A stretch of DNA of 64,000 nucleotides from Gammaproteobacteria bacterium (GCA_050740455.1 JBOIDF010000009.1:91-64090); one strand, 5' to 3'. Positions 39,359 through 48,408 are shown, counted from the first letter of the stretch. Numbers and translations are program-made. The notes: generated from the sequence alone by a model not told the origin.

Positions 39359-40501
39359 ATGAGAATCGCAGTTAACGGCAAGGCCTTCGGTATCGCCACG
39401 AAGGGGGGTGCTGTGAGAGTGGCTATCGCACTGGTCAAACAGATTGCTTCGCTCGATCACGCGATTTCCCTGCATATCTATATTCCGATGGAAAATTCAC
39501 ACGGCAAATCCTTTCAAACGCTGCCGGCAAGCGTAACCGTCCATAAAACATGCTCGGCCCTTTATCGGAATAGTATTGCTAGATCATTATGGGAGCAAAT
39601 CCTGCTGCCGGTTCTTATTCGCAAACACGGGGGCTACGATATTTTGATCAACTTAACCAATTCAGCGCCGGTGTTTCTATCTCCTGGTATACCGCAAGTT
39701 CTACTACTCCATGACGTTGGCTTTCGTAACACTCGATGGTTTTCTCGTTCCTTCTCCATGTATCTGTCGTGGGTGTTGCACCGAGCGATCAAACGCGGAA
39801 TCCAGTTGGTAACCGTGTCAAAAACCTCCGCGGCGCAAATAGCTGAAATGTTTCCCACGGTCAGCACGGTGCACGTTATTCCGAATGACGCCGACCACCC
39901 CGAAGATGTGGTGAAAGCGCGCGAGTTGGGCTATCGTTACGGGCTGTTTCTTGGCTCGCTCAATCCAAGAAAGAATCTCGACGGCGCCATTTCAGGCTTT
40001 CAAAATTTTATCGCTACCACTCGCGACGACCTTCGTTTGGTTGTCGTCGGTGCGGAAAAACAAATCTTTGCTCGCAACCGAGCCAAGCAAGCCAAGTTTG
40101 GCAATGTCGTTTTTCGCGGCTATGTGGACGATTTAGAAAAGTGGAGTCTGCTCCGTGGCGCCGATTTTCTTTTATTCCCGTCGTTTTTGGAAGGCTTTGG
40201 AATTCCCATTCTGGAGGCTATGCGAGTCGGCACGCCGGTTGTAGCCTCGGACATTCCGGTATTTCGTGAGCTATTCGAAGATGCCGTTGAATATGTGGAT
40301 CCTCATTCTCCTGCCGATATCGGCCGGGGAATTCGTGAACTGCATGGCAATGCAACGAAAAAGGAATGGATGATCGTACGTGGGGTGGAGATAGCCAAGA
40401 AATTTTCTTGGACGCGCGCCGCGCAGAATTATCTCCAGCTTTTCGCAGAAACTGTGAAGGTTCATAATCTAGAGCATAATCACAGAGTGCGAGGAAAGTG
40501 A
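39359..40501 (+). CDS. Glycosyltransferase family 4
   Basis: FLGSLNPRKNL, FRGYVDD, FPSFLEGFGIPILEAM..GTPVVASDIPVFRE. Confidence 0.93.
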   Translation: MRIAVNGKAFGIATKGGAVRVAIALVKQIASLDHAISLHIYIPMENSHGKSFQTLPASVTVHKTCSALYRNSIARSLWEQILLPVLIRKHGGYDILINLTNSAPVFLSPGIPQVLLLHDVGFRNTRWFSRSFSMYLSWVLHRAIKRGIQLVTVSKTSAAQIAEMFPTVSTVHVIPNDADHPEDVVKARELGYRYGLFLGSLNPRKNLDGAISGFQNFIATTRDDLRLVVVGAEKQIFARNRAKQAKFGNVVFRGYVDDLEKWSLLRGADFLLFPSFLEGFGIPILEAMRVGTPVVASDIPVFRELFEDAVEYVDPHSPADIGRGIRELHGNATKKEWMIVRGVEIAKKFSWTRAAQNYLQLFAETVKVHNLEHNHRVRGK

Positions 40502-40744
40502 AATTTAGGCCAACCGAGCGGTTTGGGAGACGCTGCCGCCTTACGCATCAAACGCAAGACGGACCGCCTCTGTCCCATCGTAGTATTATCGAGACGACAT
40601 CCTGGAAGATGGCAGCGCAGATCGGAGCGCTCGGCCGCTCGCACTTTTTTCGATTCGAGCATGCGTGCAAAGTGGAGGCAGTTGATTCACACTCGCTAGG
40701 CGTTGTAAAAACTCAGCGTTCTGCAAGGCGGAGAAGGGATTAAA

Positions 40745-41620
40745 ATGAAACCGACATTCCTGTTTATCGGACCCGATAAAACCGGCTCAACGTGGCTGTA
40801 TGAAATTCTGCGCCAGCATCCCGATTGTTACGTGCCCCCATGCAAAGACATCTATTTTTTCGATCGCTACTACGACCGTGGACTGGATTGGTACTTCTCT
40901 TTTTTCAAGCATACTCCGGCTGGCGTTCGGGCCGTCGGTGAGTTTTCGCATGACTACCTTTTCTCGCCGCAAGTCGCCGAACGGATCGCGCAGGACCTCC
41001 CAGGCATCAAGCTCTTGACCTGTCTGCGGAATCCGGTGGAGCGAACATTTTCTCATTACCTGTACTTGATTCGAAGCGGAAGGACGGTAGAGCCATTCGA
41101 GGTCGCTCTGGATAAATTCCCTGAACTTATCAATAACAGCATGTATTACAAGAATCTCTCGGAATATTTCCGCCGCTTCGATTCACGCCAGATCAAAGTG
41201 CTTTTTTTTGATCTGCTACAGTCCGACCCAGAAGCCTTCGCGAAGTCAGTCTTTGAGTTTCTCGGTCTGACTTTTATCCGGAATATCGAGTACAGTAAAA
41301 AGATACGGGTCGCAAGCCAACCACGTAGTTATCTGTTGGCACGGCTTGCTAAATCTGGCGCCAACCTCGCAAGATATTTTGACATGACGAATCTAGTGGG
41401 AGTTGTGAGCCGCAGCACGTTGGCGCAGATGCTTTATATGCCTTATCACCAACATGAGCGACCCAAGATGGATGCTTCGACCCAAGAGCAGTTGACCGCT
41501 CTATTTCAGCCCGATATTTTGCGCTTGCAAGGTTTGCTGGGTGCAGATCCTTTTGGACGACGCTCATGCGTGGTCCGGCAGCCTTCTGCAAGGGATAGCG
41601 AGAGGCATAATTGCGCTTGA
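40745..41620 (+). CDS. Sulfotransferase (heparan 3-O-ST / Sulfotransfer-like)
   Basis: FIGPDKTGSTWL, KDIYFFD, GEFSHDY, CLRNPVERTFSHY, SMY..L..Y..F; extreme C-terminus may be altered. Confidence 0.9.
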   Translation: MKPTFLFIGPDKTGSTWLYEILRQHPDCYVPPCKDIYFFDRYYDRGLDWYFSFFKHTPAGVRAVGEFSHDYLFSPQVAERIAQDLPGIKLLTCLRNPVERTFSHYLYLIRSGRTVEPFEVALDKFPELINNSMYYKNLSEYFRRFDSRQIKVLFFDLLQSDPEAFAKSVFEFLGLTFIRNIEYSKKIRVASQPRSYLLARLAKSGANLARYFDMTNLVGVVSRSTLAQMLYMPYHQHERPKMDASTQEQLTALFQPDILRLQGLLGADPFGRRSCVVRQPSARDSERHNCA

Positions 41621-41760
41621 GGTATCGGGCCTTATTGAACTCCCAGTACGCCTCGAAGTCACCACTCGAGCGCGAGGCGTAACTTCAGGATAGCCTCGGC
41701 ACTTTTTAATCCCTATCGCACCGGTTATGTCCATCCGGTCTTGGAAGAGCTGGTGCCGGA
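41615..41760 (-). mobile_element. ISKra4-family transposase C-terminal fragment
   Basis: Frameshifted ..FQDRMDITGA..GLKSAEAILKL..SSGDFEAYWEF. Confidence 0.7.
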
Positions 41761-41806
41761 AATTTAGACAGGGGTAGAGTGTCTCAGCTATATTGGGACA
41801 GAGGGG

Positions 41807-42153
41807 CCACTAAAACCCCCCGATCTGCTTGACCGTCTCGTGTGTCTGTCGTTCATGATGGCCTTCTTCATCCTCCCATCATGAAGAGGCGCCGAGCTAG
41901 TTCAGTATCATTTCACGTTAGATTCGCACTCCTGGTTCAGTATCATTTCATATTGGAAGAGACTAGAAGAGTATTTTCTAACGATCTCGGTGCCCGCTAA
42001 AAACTCCCCGACCTGCTTAACCGTCTCTAACTGTCTGTCGTTCATGATGGCCTTCATCCTCCCATCATGAACAGTCGCCGCCTTACTTCAGACTCATCTT
42101 GTAAGAAATAAGCCCTCCCTTCAGACTCATCTAGCATTGGAAGAGGCTAGAAG
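41807..42153 (-). mobile_element. Two tandem IS left-end stubs (period about 187 bp)
   Basis: On the - strand each unit reads AG(T/C)CTCTTCCAAT..., internal direct repeats (AGATGAGTCTGAA or TGAAATGATACTGAAC, each twice), GGGAGG RBS and an ATG; the intact unit reads MNDRQLETVKQVGEFLAGT, resembling the N-terminus of an integrase-core transposase family. A third degenerate end lies at about 29960-29990. Confidence 0.6.
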
Positions 42154-42258
42154 TTGCAATCGTCGCGGGGGTAACTTATGATCATTATCACTGAGTGTTA
42201 TCCATCCTGGCTGGCTATCCCAAAAGTTCGGTGAAAGCCATTCTAAGCAAGCTCATAT

Positions 42259-43002
42259 ATGCCAACGCGTACTATGGACAAAGTTGACGTCGAAGAGATC
42301 GAAAAAAAAATAGCGGGCATTCCCTGGTGGCATCGGATCGACATCCATGGTGTGGTAACGCCGGGATCCCGCGCGGCACCCTCTCAACAGTGGAAATCCG
42401 ACGCCATCGACAAAGATTTGAGCGGCAAGGACATTCTCGATATTGGGACGTGGGACGGGTATTACACGTTCTTGGCGGAGTCGCGAGGAGCCAGGCGCGT
42501 CGTCGCCGTTGATGCCTGTCAGGGACCCTCCACGCCCAGAGGATTTCAGACGGCCAAGGAATTACTGAGATCGAAGGCGGAACACCACATTTTGGATGTC
42601 CACCAGCTGGATCGGCTCGACGGCACTTTCGATTGGATCTTCTTTTTTGGGGTTTACTATCATTTGGAAGATCCCTATTCGGCTTTACAGCAGATTTTCA
42701 ACAAGCTCAAGCCCGGCGGCACTCTCCTCTTGGAAGGGCTGGTCCGCGCCGGAAGCAAACCCTACCTTTACGCTTATCGCCCCGGGGAAGCCGACCCCAC
42801 CACGTACTGTGCAGCCACGGTACCCTGGCTGCGGTTAGCTTGCCAACGCATAGGTTTTTCTTCCGTTGATTTTGTGTCTCGTTATCCGGGAGACAACGCC
42901 TGGGAGAAGCTTGGTCGCTTTGTTGCCTGGCATCTACGGCTTCACGCGGGGCGGTTCAGAAAAGCTCACCGCGCGATCATCAAGGCCCGCACACCAGCTT
43001 AG
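42259..43002 (+). CDS. Class I SAM-dependent methyltransferase (DUF1698/CmoB-like)
   Basis: WWHRID, DLSGKDILDIGTWDGYY, GARRVVAVD, FDWIFFFGVYYHLEDP, LKPGGTLLLE. Confidence 0.88.
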   Translation: MPTRTMDKVDVEEIEKKIAGIPWWHRIDIHGVVTPGSRAAPSQQWKSDAIDKDLSGKDILDIGTWDGYYTFLAESRGARRVVAVDACQGPSTPRGFQTAKELLRSKAEHHILDVHQLDRLDGTFDWIFFFGVYYHLEDPYSALQQIFNKLKPGGTLLLEGLVRAGSKPYLYAYRPGEADPTTYCAATVPWLRLACQRIGFSSVDFVSRYPGDNAWEKLGRFVAWHLRLHAGRFRKAHRAIIKARTPA

Positions 43003-43063
43003 CATCGGGCAACGCGCCCCCCGACACAAACATATCGCTCCCGGAAAACGTTCGCCTCTACAT

Positions 43064-43292
43064 CAAACTTAGCGGCACATAATCGATAAGGTCTTTGTTA
43101 ACGACGTATCCATTATCAAGCCAGTTTCTAAAGCGAAACCGTACTCGCGGGTTGCCCCATCTGAGCAAGTGCGCGATGGTCACGGGTTTGCTCATATGCA
43201 GCACTCTATGTCCATTCTTTGTGAATTCATGGGCCAGATGGTGAGAACCGACTACAAACACACCGCCCAAAGGCGTGTGGCTGCCAAAGACG
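43064..43292 (-). pseudogene. Partial duplicate of the 5' end of the GT gene at 30026-31195
   Basis: About 229 bp highly similar to 30959-31187 (FGSHTP.GGVFVVGSHHLAHEFTK..DLIDYVPLSL). Confidence 0.9.
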
Positions 43293-43400
43293 GCTTCCCG
43301 CCGTCGAGCGCTCTCCACTAGCCCCCCCGCGTTCAAAACCTTAACTCAGGTCACACCTTTTCTCCCTGAACCGCGCCGTTCAGGGTGATTCTTGCGCGTT

Positions 43401-43429
43401 TTGCTAAAGCAGTATACTGTGCTTATGAT
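43401..43429 (+). promoter_or_regulatory. Putative sigma70 promoter for the riboswitch-GH transcript
   Basis: TTGCTA (43401-06), 17-nt spacer, TATGAT (43424-29); spacer contains the palindrome CAGTATACTG; direct repeat GGTTACAG at 43431 and 43443. Confidence 0.5.
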
Positions 43430-43562
43430 CGGTTACAGGTCGGGTTACAGCCGCGGCGTACCGTAAACCGCTACTAAAGCTTCAAAACCGAGCGCCGATA
43501 GATTCGGGCGTTCGAGCGAGGATTCTCGCGAGGTGGATCAACACCTAAAGAACTAGAGAGCA

Positions 43563-43653
43563 CTGAAAAAGGCAAACCATCCGAAAGGATGGGACGCAAA
43601 GCTACTGGCCTAAACCCTCAATGGTTGGGGGGCATGGTCGCAGGGTTGCCAGG
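43563..43653 (+). ncRNA. c-di-GMP-I (GEMM-I) riboswitch aptamer
   Basis: AAAGGCAAACCATCCGAAAGGATGGGACGCAAAGCTACTGGCCTAAA...GGTCGCAGGGTTGCC closely follows the Vc2-type consensus: GNRA loop GAAA and receptor TAAA. Equivalents of G20 (43571), A47 and C92 (43649) are retained; short P1 CTG/CAG. Confidence 0.93.
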
Positions 43654-43722
43654 CGATCCAACAGTACCTCCTGTGTGCTGGGCGTTTCGCTAGGCACATG
43701 TCCGTAAACAAGGAGGCTACTA

Positions 43723-45366
43723 ATGTTCAGTATTAAATCACGCCTCAGCTTCACCAGGACTTTAGGTTCAACGGTGATGTTGGGAATCATGTTATTTCTC
43801 TCTGTACCAGCGCACACGTATGCGGCGGATATAATCATCGACAACAAGGACCCTGGTGTGTCCTGGTCGAATACACCAGGATGGTCTGGCCAACGCATAA
43901 CGTCAGCGTATAAAGGCCACGCGGGGATGACGCGGAACAAAAATGCGTGGAGTACATTCAAGTTCGGTTCCCCGCAGAGCGGCAAGTACGATGTATACAT
44001 GCACTGGCCTAAATGGTCGGGATCGCTACCAGATAACGCTGTGCCGGTAGTCATCAAGCATTCGTCCGGTACTCAGACGGTTAAGGTTAATCAGCGGCAG
44101 AATGGCGGACGGTGGAACCGTTTAGGGACTTGGAAGCTGGATAATTCAGCTTACTTAACCCTTACGAATCGGGGCCATGGGAGAACTTATTTCGATGCCA
44201 TTAAACTGGTGCCGTCGTTGGGAACTCCTCCGAAGGATCCCACTTTATCATTGACGGCGAACCCTCTAACGGTGAGTAAAGGCGGGGCCGCGACCTTATC
44301 GTGGGCCTCTCAAAATTCCACATCATGCACGGCAAGCGGCGGATGGTCCGGAAACAAAGGCTTGTCGGGTAGTCAAACTGCTAGTAATATTACCTCCAGC
44401 CAAACCTATAATTTGACTTGTACCGGTACTACTAAGAACGTCTCGGCGGCGGTTAACGTGGTAGTCGCACTCCCTCCACCCCCTCCCCCTTCTCCTCCAC
44501 AGCCTGTCATCGGCCTCGCCGTCCAACAGCACATGGGCACGTTCGATGTGGCAGGCCAGGCATTCACTAAAGAACTCGACCCTCACTCCTTACGGTTGGG
44601 GTACAACCACGGGGACCACGATTTCGGCATCAAATGGGCTGCTCAAAACGGCAAGTCGGTTGTTTTCATGCTGGGTTACGGTGTAGGTATTGATGCGAAG
44701 ACTCCCAACGGCCGGCAGGCGTACGCGAATCGTTCCGCCAATCTCGCTCAAACGTATGGCAATAAAGTCCAATATTACGAAGTTTGGAACGAATGGAATG
44801 GGGGATTCGGTTTGCCGTGCAATTGGCGAGAGCCCCCCTGCAACGATGCCGCTATGTATACCGACCTGCTTTGCAAGACATACACGGCAATCAAGGCGGT
44901 TCGGCCGAGTGCCATGGTTGTCGGCGGCGCAGTGGCGAACGCGAGCAAAGCTTTTATTAGTGGCATGCTCGATGCCGGTGCTGGAAACTGCATGGACATG
45001 TTGTCTTTGCACATATACATCTACGGGCAAAAGTCGCCTGGTAATGTCGCACGCAATGCACCCGCATCGGAGGGCGCCGCCAAGCTTATTAAAATCGTGA
45101 CGGACAGAGAGAATCTGATCAAACAAAAGACTGGGAGGACTATCCCGATTCTTGTGACTGAAGCTGGCTTCCACGGTACTGATGAGCAACTTGGGGCCGA
45201 GTATGTCACTGAACTCTACAAGCAAGCTCAAGCAGTACCGTTTATTGAGGGGATATGGTGGTATGCGCTGGAAGACGCGGGCAAGGGGACTTTTGGCCTG
45301 GTACGGAGCAACAACACCAAGAAGCCTGCCTTTGCGGCATATCAGGAAGTTGCACGGGAATATTAG
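43723..45366 (+). CDS. Secreted multi-domain glycoside hydrolase (clan GH-A, GH39/PslG-like) with N-terminal golvesin/xanthan-lyase-type CBM-like domain, Ig-like domain and Pro linker
   Basis: Signal peptide ending AHTYA-ADIIIDN; GKYDVY..W..NQRQNGGRWNRLGTW; PTLSLTANP..TLSW..CTASGGWSG..TYNLTC; poly-Pro; YEVWNEWN (acid/base), ILVTEAG (nucleophile), FGLV..KKPAFAAY; AGGAGG RBS. Confidence 0.85.
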   Translation: MFSIKSRLSFTRTLGSTVMLGIMLFLSVPAHTYAADIIIDNKDPGVSWSNTPGWSGQRITSAYKGHAGMTRNKNAWSTFKFGSPQSGKYDVYMHWPKWSGSLPDNAVPVVIKHSSGTQTVKVNQRQNGGRWNRLGTWKLDNSAYLTLTNRGHGRTYFDAIKLVPSLGTPPKDPTLSLTANPLTVSKGGAATLSWASQNSTSCTASGGWSGNKGLSGSQTASNITSSQTYNLTCTGTTKNVSAAVNVVVALPPPPPPSPPQPVIGLAVQQHMGTFDVAGQAFTKELDPHSLRLGYNHGDHDFGIKWAAQNGKSVVFMLGYGVGIDAKTPNGRQAYANRSANLAQTYGNKVQYYEVWNEWNGGFGLPCNWREPPCNDAAMYTDLLCKTYTAIKAVRPSAMVVGGAVANASKAFISGMLDAGAGNCMDMLSLHIYIYGQKSPGNVARNAPASEGAAKLIKIVTDRENLIKQKTGRTIPILVTEAGFHGTDEQLGAEYVTELYKQAQAVPFIEGIWWYALEDAGKGTFGLVRSNNTKKPAFAAYQEVAREY

Positions 45367-45510
45367 TATCTATTGACCATTGGTTCAATATCACGGAAGG
45401 AGCGAAATAAGTCGGTTTCGTTAACCCAACCTGGGCTGGTATTAGGTATGGTGCGAGAGGCCCTTCAGGAATGATTTAATCCCTCGCACCTGCCATCGGC
45501 TAACTCCGTG

Positions 45511-45680
45511 TGTAACCCCCCGGCTTTGCCGGGGGACTCACCGTGGTTTGACCTGAACTACGGTCGGCGCGGATCTCCGATCTCCGCCAACAGAAGAGGG
45601 TTCACAGATGAAGGAATATCAGAGTTTGAGTCACGTAGAGTTTTTACCGAAGCGAAGGAAGAAACGGATTCTGCCTGAAG
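45511..45680 (+). mobile_element. IS200/IS605-family left-end hairpin and deleted tnpA stub
   Basis: CCCCCCGGCTTTGCCGGGGG hairpin, then MKEYQSLSH fused to V.FLPKRRKKR (intervening CKYH segment missing). Confidence 0.75.
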
Positions 45681-45970
45681 GGTGGGAGATCGTGCGAGGC
45701 AGAGGTAACCCTCAAGATGGTCCTTCACCGACGTTGTCCGTCGGATCACACCCAACGTTTTACAACGTCTACCTCGGAATCGAGCTAATAAACGATTTTG
45801 GGGGCGTACGCGCTAAACCCCAAAATTCAGCGGAATGAGGTCCCCGTTAACATACGGTGCGCGTAAGTCGGATGAAAGCGCGAGCGCCCCGATGCTGGAA
45901 AACGCATTCCACCCCACGTAAGCCCAACGGGTAAAACGCACGGCGCGGCTTTGAACCTGACAATCGCGAC

Positions 45971-46070
45971 TGTGTATTCCAGCGATTGAGATCGCTGATT
46001 CCGAGCATTGCGATCGCTGATTCCGAGCATTGTGATCACCTAATCCGAAGTGCTTGATCACTCATCGGAA
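45971..46070 (+). mobile_element. IS21-family terminal region
   Basis: TGTGTATTCC followed by about four 22-bp tandem units (GATCGCTGATTCCGAGCATTG.), as typical of IS21 ends; no istAB here. Confidence 0.75.
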
Positions 46071-46092
46071 CGAAGTGAGACGCGTTTTGTTT

Positions 46093-46293
46093 GTCTGTAC
46101 ATTTCGGCCATCCTGTCCCCGAAATGCACTCGGTCTCGCCGCGACTAATTCCTTTTGCCGCGACCGTCCTGCGCTCAGGCACTACACGTCGCTATCGCTC
46201 GCGCGTGCCTTCGCTCAATGACTCTACGCCGTCCATCTAGAGGACGGCTATCGCGGGATCCTCGCCTCGGCGTTCCGCCTTCCATGGCTCGTC
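46093..46293 (+). mobile_element. ~200-bp structured MITE-like repeat, copy 2 (lacks about 20 bp of the left end)
   Basis: Near-identical to 2585-2785. Confidence 0.85.
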
Positions 46294-46294
46294 T

Positions 46295-46524
46295 TCAGCT
46301 CTATGTCTTCCACTCCGTTAGCTCGCTCGTTGACAAATACTGTATTCATGTGTGCTAGTTCGCTTACGTCCGTAGCAACGATGATTTTGCCACAGATGTC
46401 ATGCGAGATCTTATGCTCTTTGGCAAAGCGTACTAGTTCACGGCGACCTTCAACGCAGTTTGTCGCTCTATGGGAGCCCGGTTTGTAGTATATGCCGGAA
46501 TGGATAACGCCTGAATTGCGGCCG
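46295..46524 (-). pseudogene. lhgO: L-2-hydroxyglutarate oxidase (LhgO-like) internal fragment
   Basis: [47 protein letters not shown]; ends at MITE copy 2. Confidence 0.85.
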
Positions 46525-46551
46525 CTGATCACATCCGCAGGATCCTTGCGA

Positions 46552-47844
46552 TCAGAAAGCCTGAATTTCGGGACGTCGCGAAACGCTGGATAGGAGCGAT
46601 CTAGAGTTCGAAATGTAGCTATAGGCGATTCCAAGGAATAGTGACAGCGGTAGACTTGTGTAGTGAGGTACGGCAACCATGAGTGTTATGAACACTGTTA
46701 GAACCGCTGCCTTGAGGCCAACCTCCGCCTCCGTGTTACCTAGCTTCAACACGGGATATACAAAAATCCACGTCGTCATAATCAATCCCACAACCCCTAA
46801 GTTAACAAGAATGGTTGAAAAAAAATCCGTTGAACGAACGTAGCCATTACCTATGCCAAACACTTGAGTAAGTAGCGAGCCATTCAAAAAGAAGTCTGTC
46901 GTGTTCAGAAAAGAATCGTATCGATTAGCTCCTGAGGCACTTTGAAGAGTTAGTTTGTTTTCGACTATCTGTGCATATACATCCAGTACAATTGCGTTAC
47001 CGGACAGGCCCATGGCCAAGACGGTAACTAATACGATTAATGAGACAAACACGATTTTGTCGGCTGGCCCAAAATAGCAGAGGCGAACAATAAAATACAC
47101 AAAGATCCCTAACATTGCGGTCGTCGACGTACTCAACAGTAGCGTTATGAAAAGCAACATGTGCGTAAAAGTACGATTCGTATGCAACGCGTAAATCCAG
47201 AACGGCAAGATTGCGAATGCATACATTGAAGGCTCTCCCGCGAGACTCTTCAACCTCTGGACCGTCAGGGGCCCCAAATGAATTGTCTGAAACCAGCTGC
47301 CCGTGTGAACGTCGCCGAATAAGTTTCCACTGTCGAAGGTTCGGTTACTGAGGAAGTCCCCACTGTCCCCGAAAACGAGAAAGTACACCCACTCATATAT
47401 ACCGTATAGAGCAAACACTATGGCGCCGGTAAAAAGATATTTGTCCCACCGTACGCTGTACAAATGCTTCACGAAAAAAAAAGTCGATGCAGCCGCCAGA
47501 ACATAAAGAGACTGGGTGAACATGGGTTTTCTCATTAATATCCGTCGATCAGTATCCGAATCGATCAGCGGTAAGTTCAGCGGGAACTGCACAGTTTGCG
47601 AAAAACTTAGGCTAAGTTGCGCGATCGCATTAAGCGCCGCGTATAGCATAACAAACAGAATCAAGTCATAGTAAAAACGTAATAGCATGTCTTTAGGAAT
47701 CACCAGTACACTTATCGGCGGACAGATAACCGCTAGCGCAAATAAATAGCCAGGCGTCGTGCCTTGAACAGACGGTAGTAAAAGAATAGAAGTTATTGGC
47801 AGGACTATCGCCCAAGCAGCGAAATAAAAATCATGTCGAGACAT
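46552..47844 (-). CDS. Wzy/O-antigen-polymerase-like polytopic membrane protein
   Basis: 430 aa, about 10-12 TM, AT-rich; periplasmic loop with RLKSLAGEPS, LLLSTSTTAMLG, SGANRY and GIGNG motifs. Confidence 0.7.
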   Translation of the reverse strand: MSRHDFYFAAWAIVLPITSILLLPSVQGTTPGYLFALAVICPPISVLVIPKDMLLRFYYDLILFVMLYAALNAIAQLSLSFSQTVQFPLNLPLIDSDTDRRILMRKPMFTQSLYVLAAASTFFFVKHLYSVRWDKYLFTGAIVFALYGIYEWVYFLVFGDSGDFLSNRTFDSGNLFGDVHTGSWFQTIHLGPLTVQRLKSLAGEPSMYAFAILPFWIYALHTNRTFTHMLLFITLLLSTSTTAMLGIFVYFIVRLCYFGPADKIVFVSLIVLVTVLAMGLSGNAIVLDVYAQIVENKLTLQSASGANRYDSFLNTTDFFLNGSLLTQVFGIGNGYVRSTDFFSTILVNLGVVGLIMTTWIFVYPVLKLGNTEAEVGLKAAVLTVFITLMVAVPHYTSLPLSLFLGIAYSYISNSRSLLSSVSRRPEIQAF

Positions 47845-47946
47845 AGAAAACGTACCTGGAAACTATTCCGCCTATACTAGATTGCCAATTGTCGCATATC
47901 GTGACCCTTCTGCGCAGATGGCTTGAGTCTTTTCCAACGCTGCATT

Positions 47947-48300
47947 AGGGAACCTCTGAACAAGTAACTAAAATGGGTCGGGCAGCGCGCATACGAAGCG
48001 ATTTCAGACGGAAAAGCAGCCGTTAAGTCTGTTTGTCATCGTTCACGGGGCCATTTTCGCCCCGTTTGCCATACTGCAGACACACTACGCCCCCGACAGT
48101 CGCCGCAACCGCCGGCGCAACAGGTATAAGTTCGCAAGCGCGCGGGTGACAAACAACCGATGGGCGTTCTTCGCCAATCCCTTGTAGCGGGTCTTCACGA
48201 AGCCGAAGATACGCTTAATGATGAGAAAGGGGTGCTCGACCTTGGCGCGCGGCGGGCCAGACGCACACTGACCTTGCTCGACCGCGTCCATAGTTGCAGT
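47947..48300 (-). mobile_element. IS5-family transposase 3' fragment with end
   Basis: [45 protein letters not shown]; end GGAACCTCTGAACAA at about 47948. Confidence 0.85.
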
Positions 48301-48380
48301 CGTTGCCGTTGTTCATGGGTAGATCGTTTCTCCAATTCCGTTATGGCAGTCTTGAATATCGCCTCGGAACGCTATAGGTC

Positions 48381-48406
48381 GTCATACCTGCGAAAGCAGG
48401 TACCCA
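48381..48406 (+). repeat. REP-like palindrome (GTCATnCC..G class)
   Basis: GTCATACCTGCGAAAGCAGGTACCCA; inverted partner at 48646-48671. Confidence 0.65.
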
Positions 48407-48408
48407 GA

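Noticed and set aside
40500-40740. Possible IS end (GCGTTGTAAAAACTC) and gene relic between GT4 and the sulfotransferase
   Set aside because: Too short and degenerate to assign; no matching partner end found in the window.
41807-42153. Tandem structured repeats as novel sRNAs or integron attC sites
   Set aside because: The - strand shows RBS, ATG and a transposase-like N-terminus plus IS-type end motifs; no paired RYYYAAC/GTTRRRY boxes or intI.
43563-43653. Aptamer as a 3',3'-cGAMP (GEMM-Ib) variant
   Set aside because: The position-20 equivalent (43571) is G, not A, and the C92 equivalent is retained, indicating c-di-GMP.
45990-46070. 22-bp tandem repeats as a mini-CRISPR or iteron array
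   Set aside because: No spacers, no cas or rep gene; preceded by TGTGTATTCC, matching the multiple-repeat ends of IS21-family elements.
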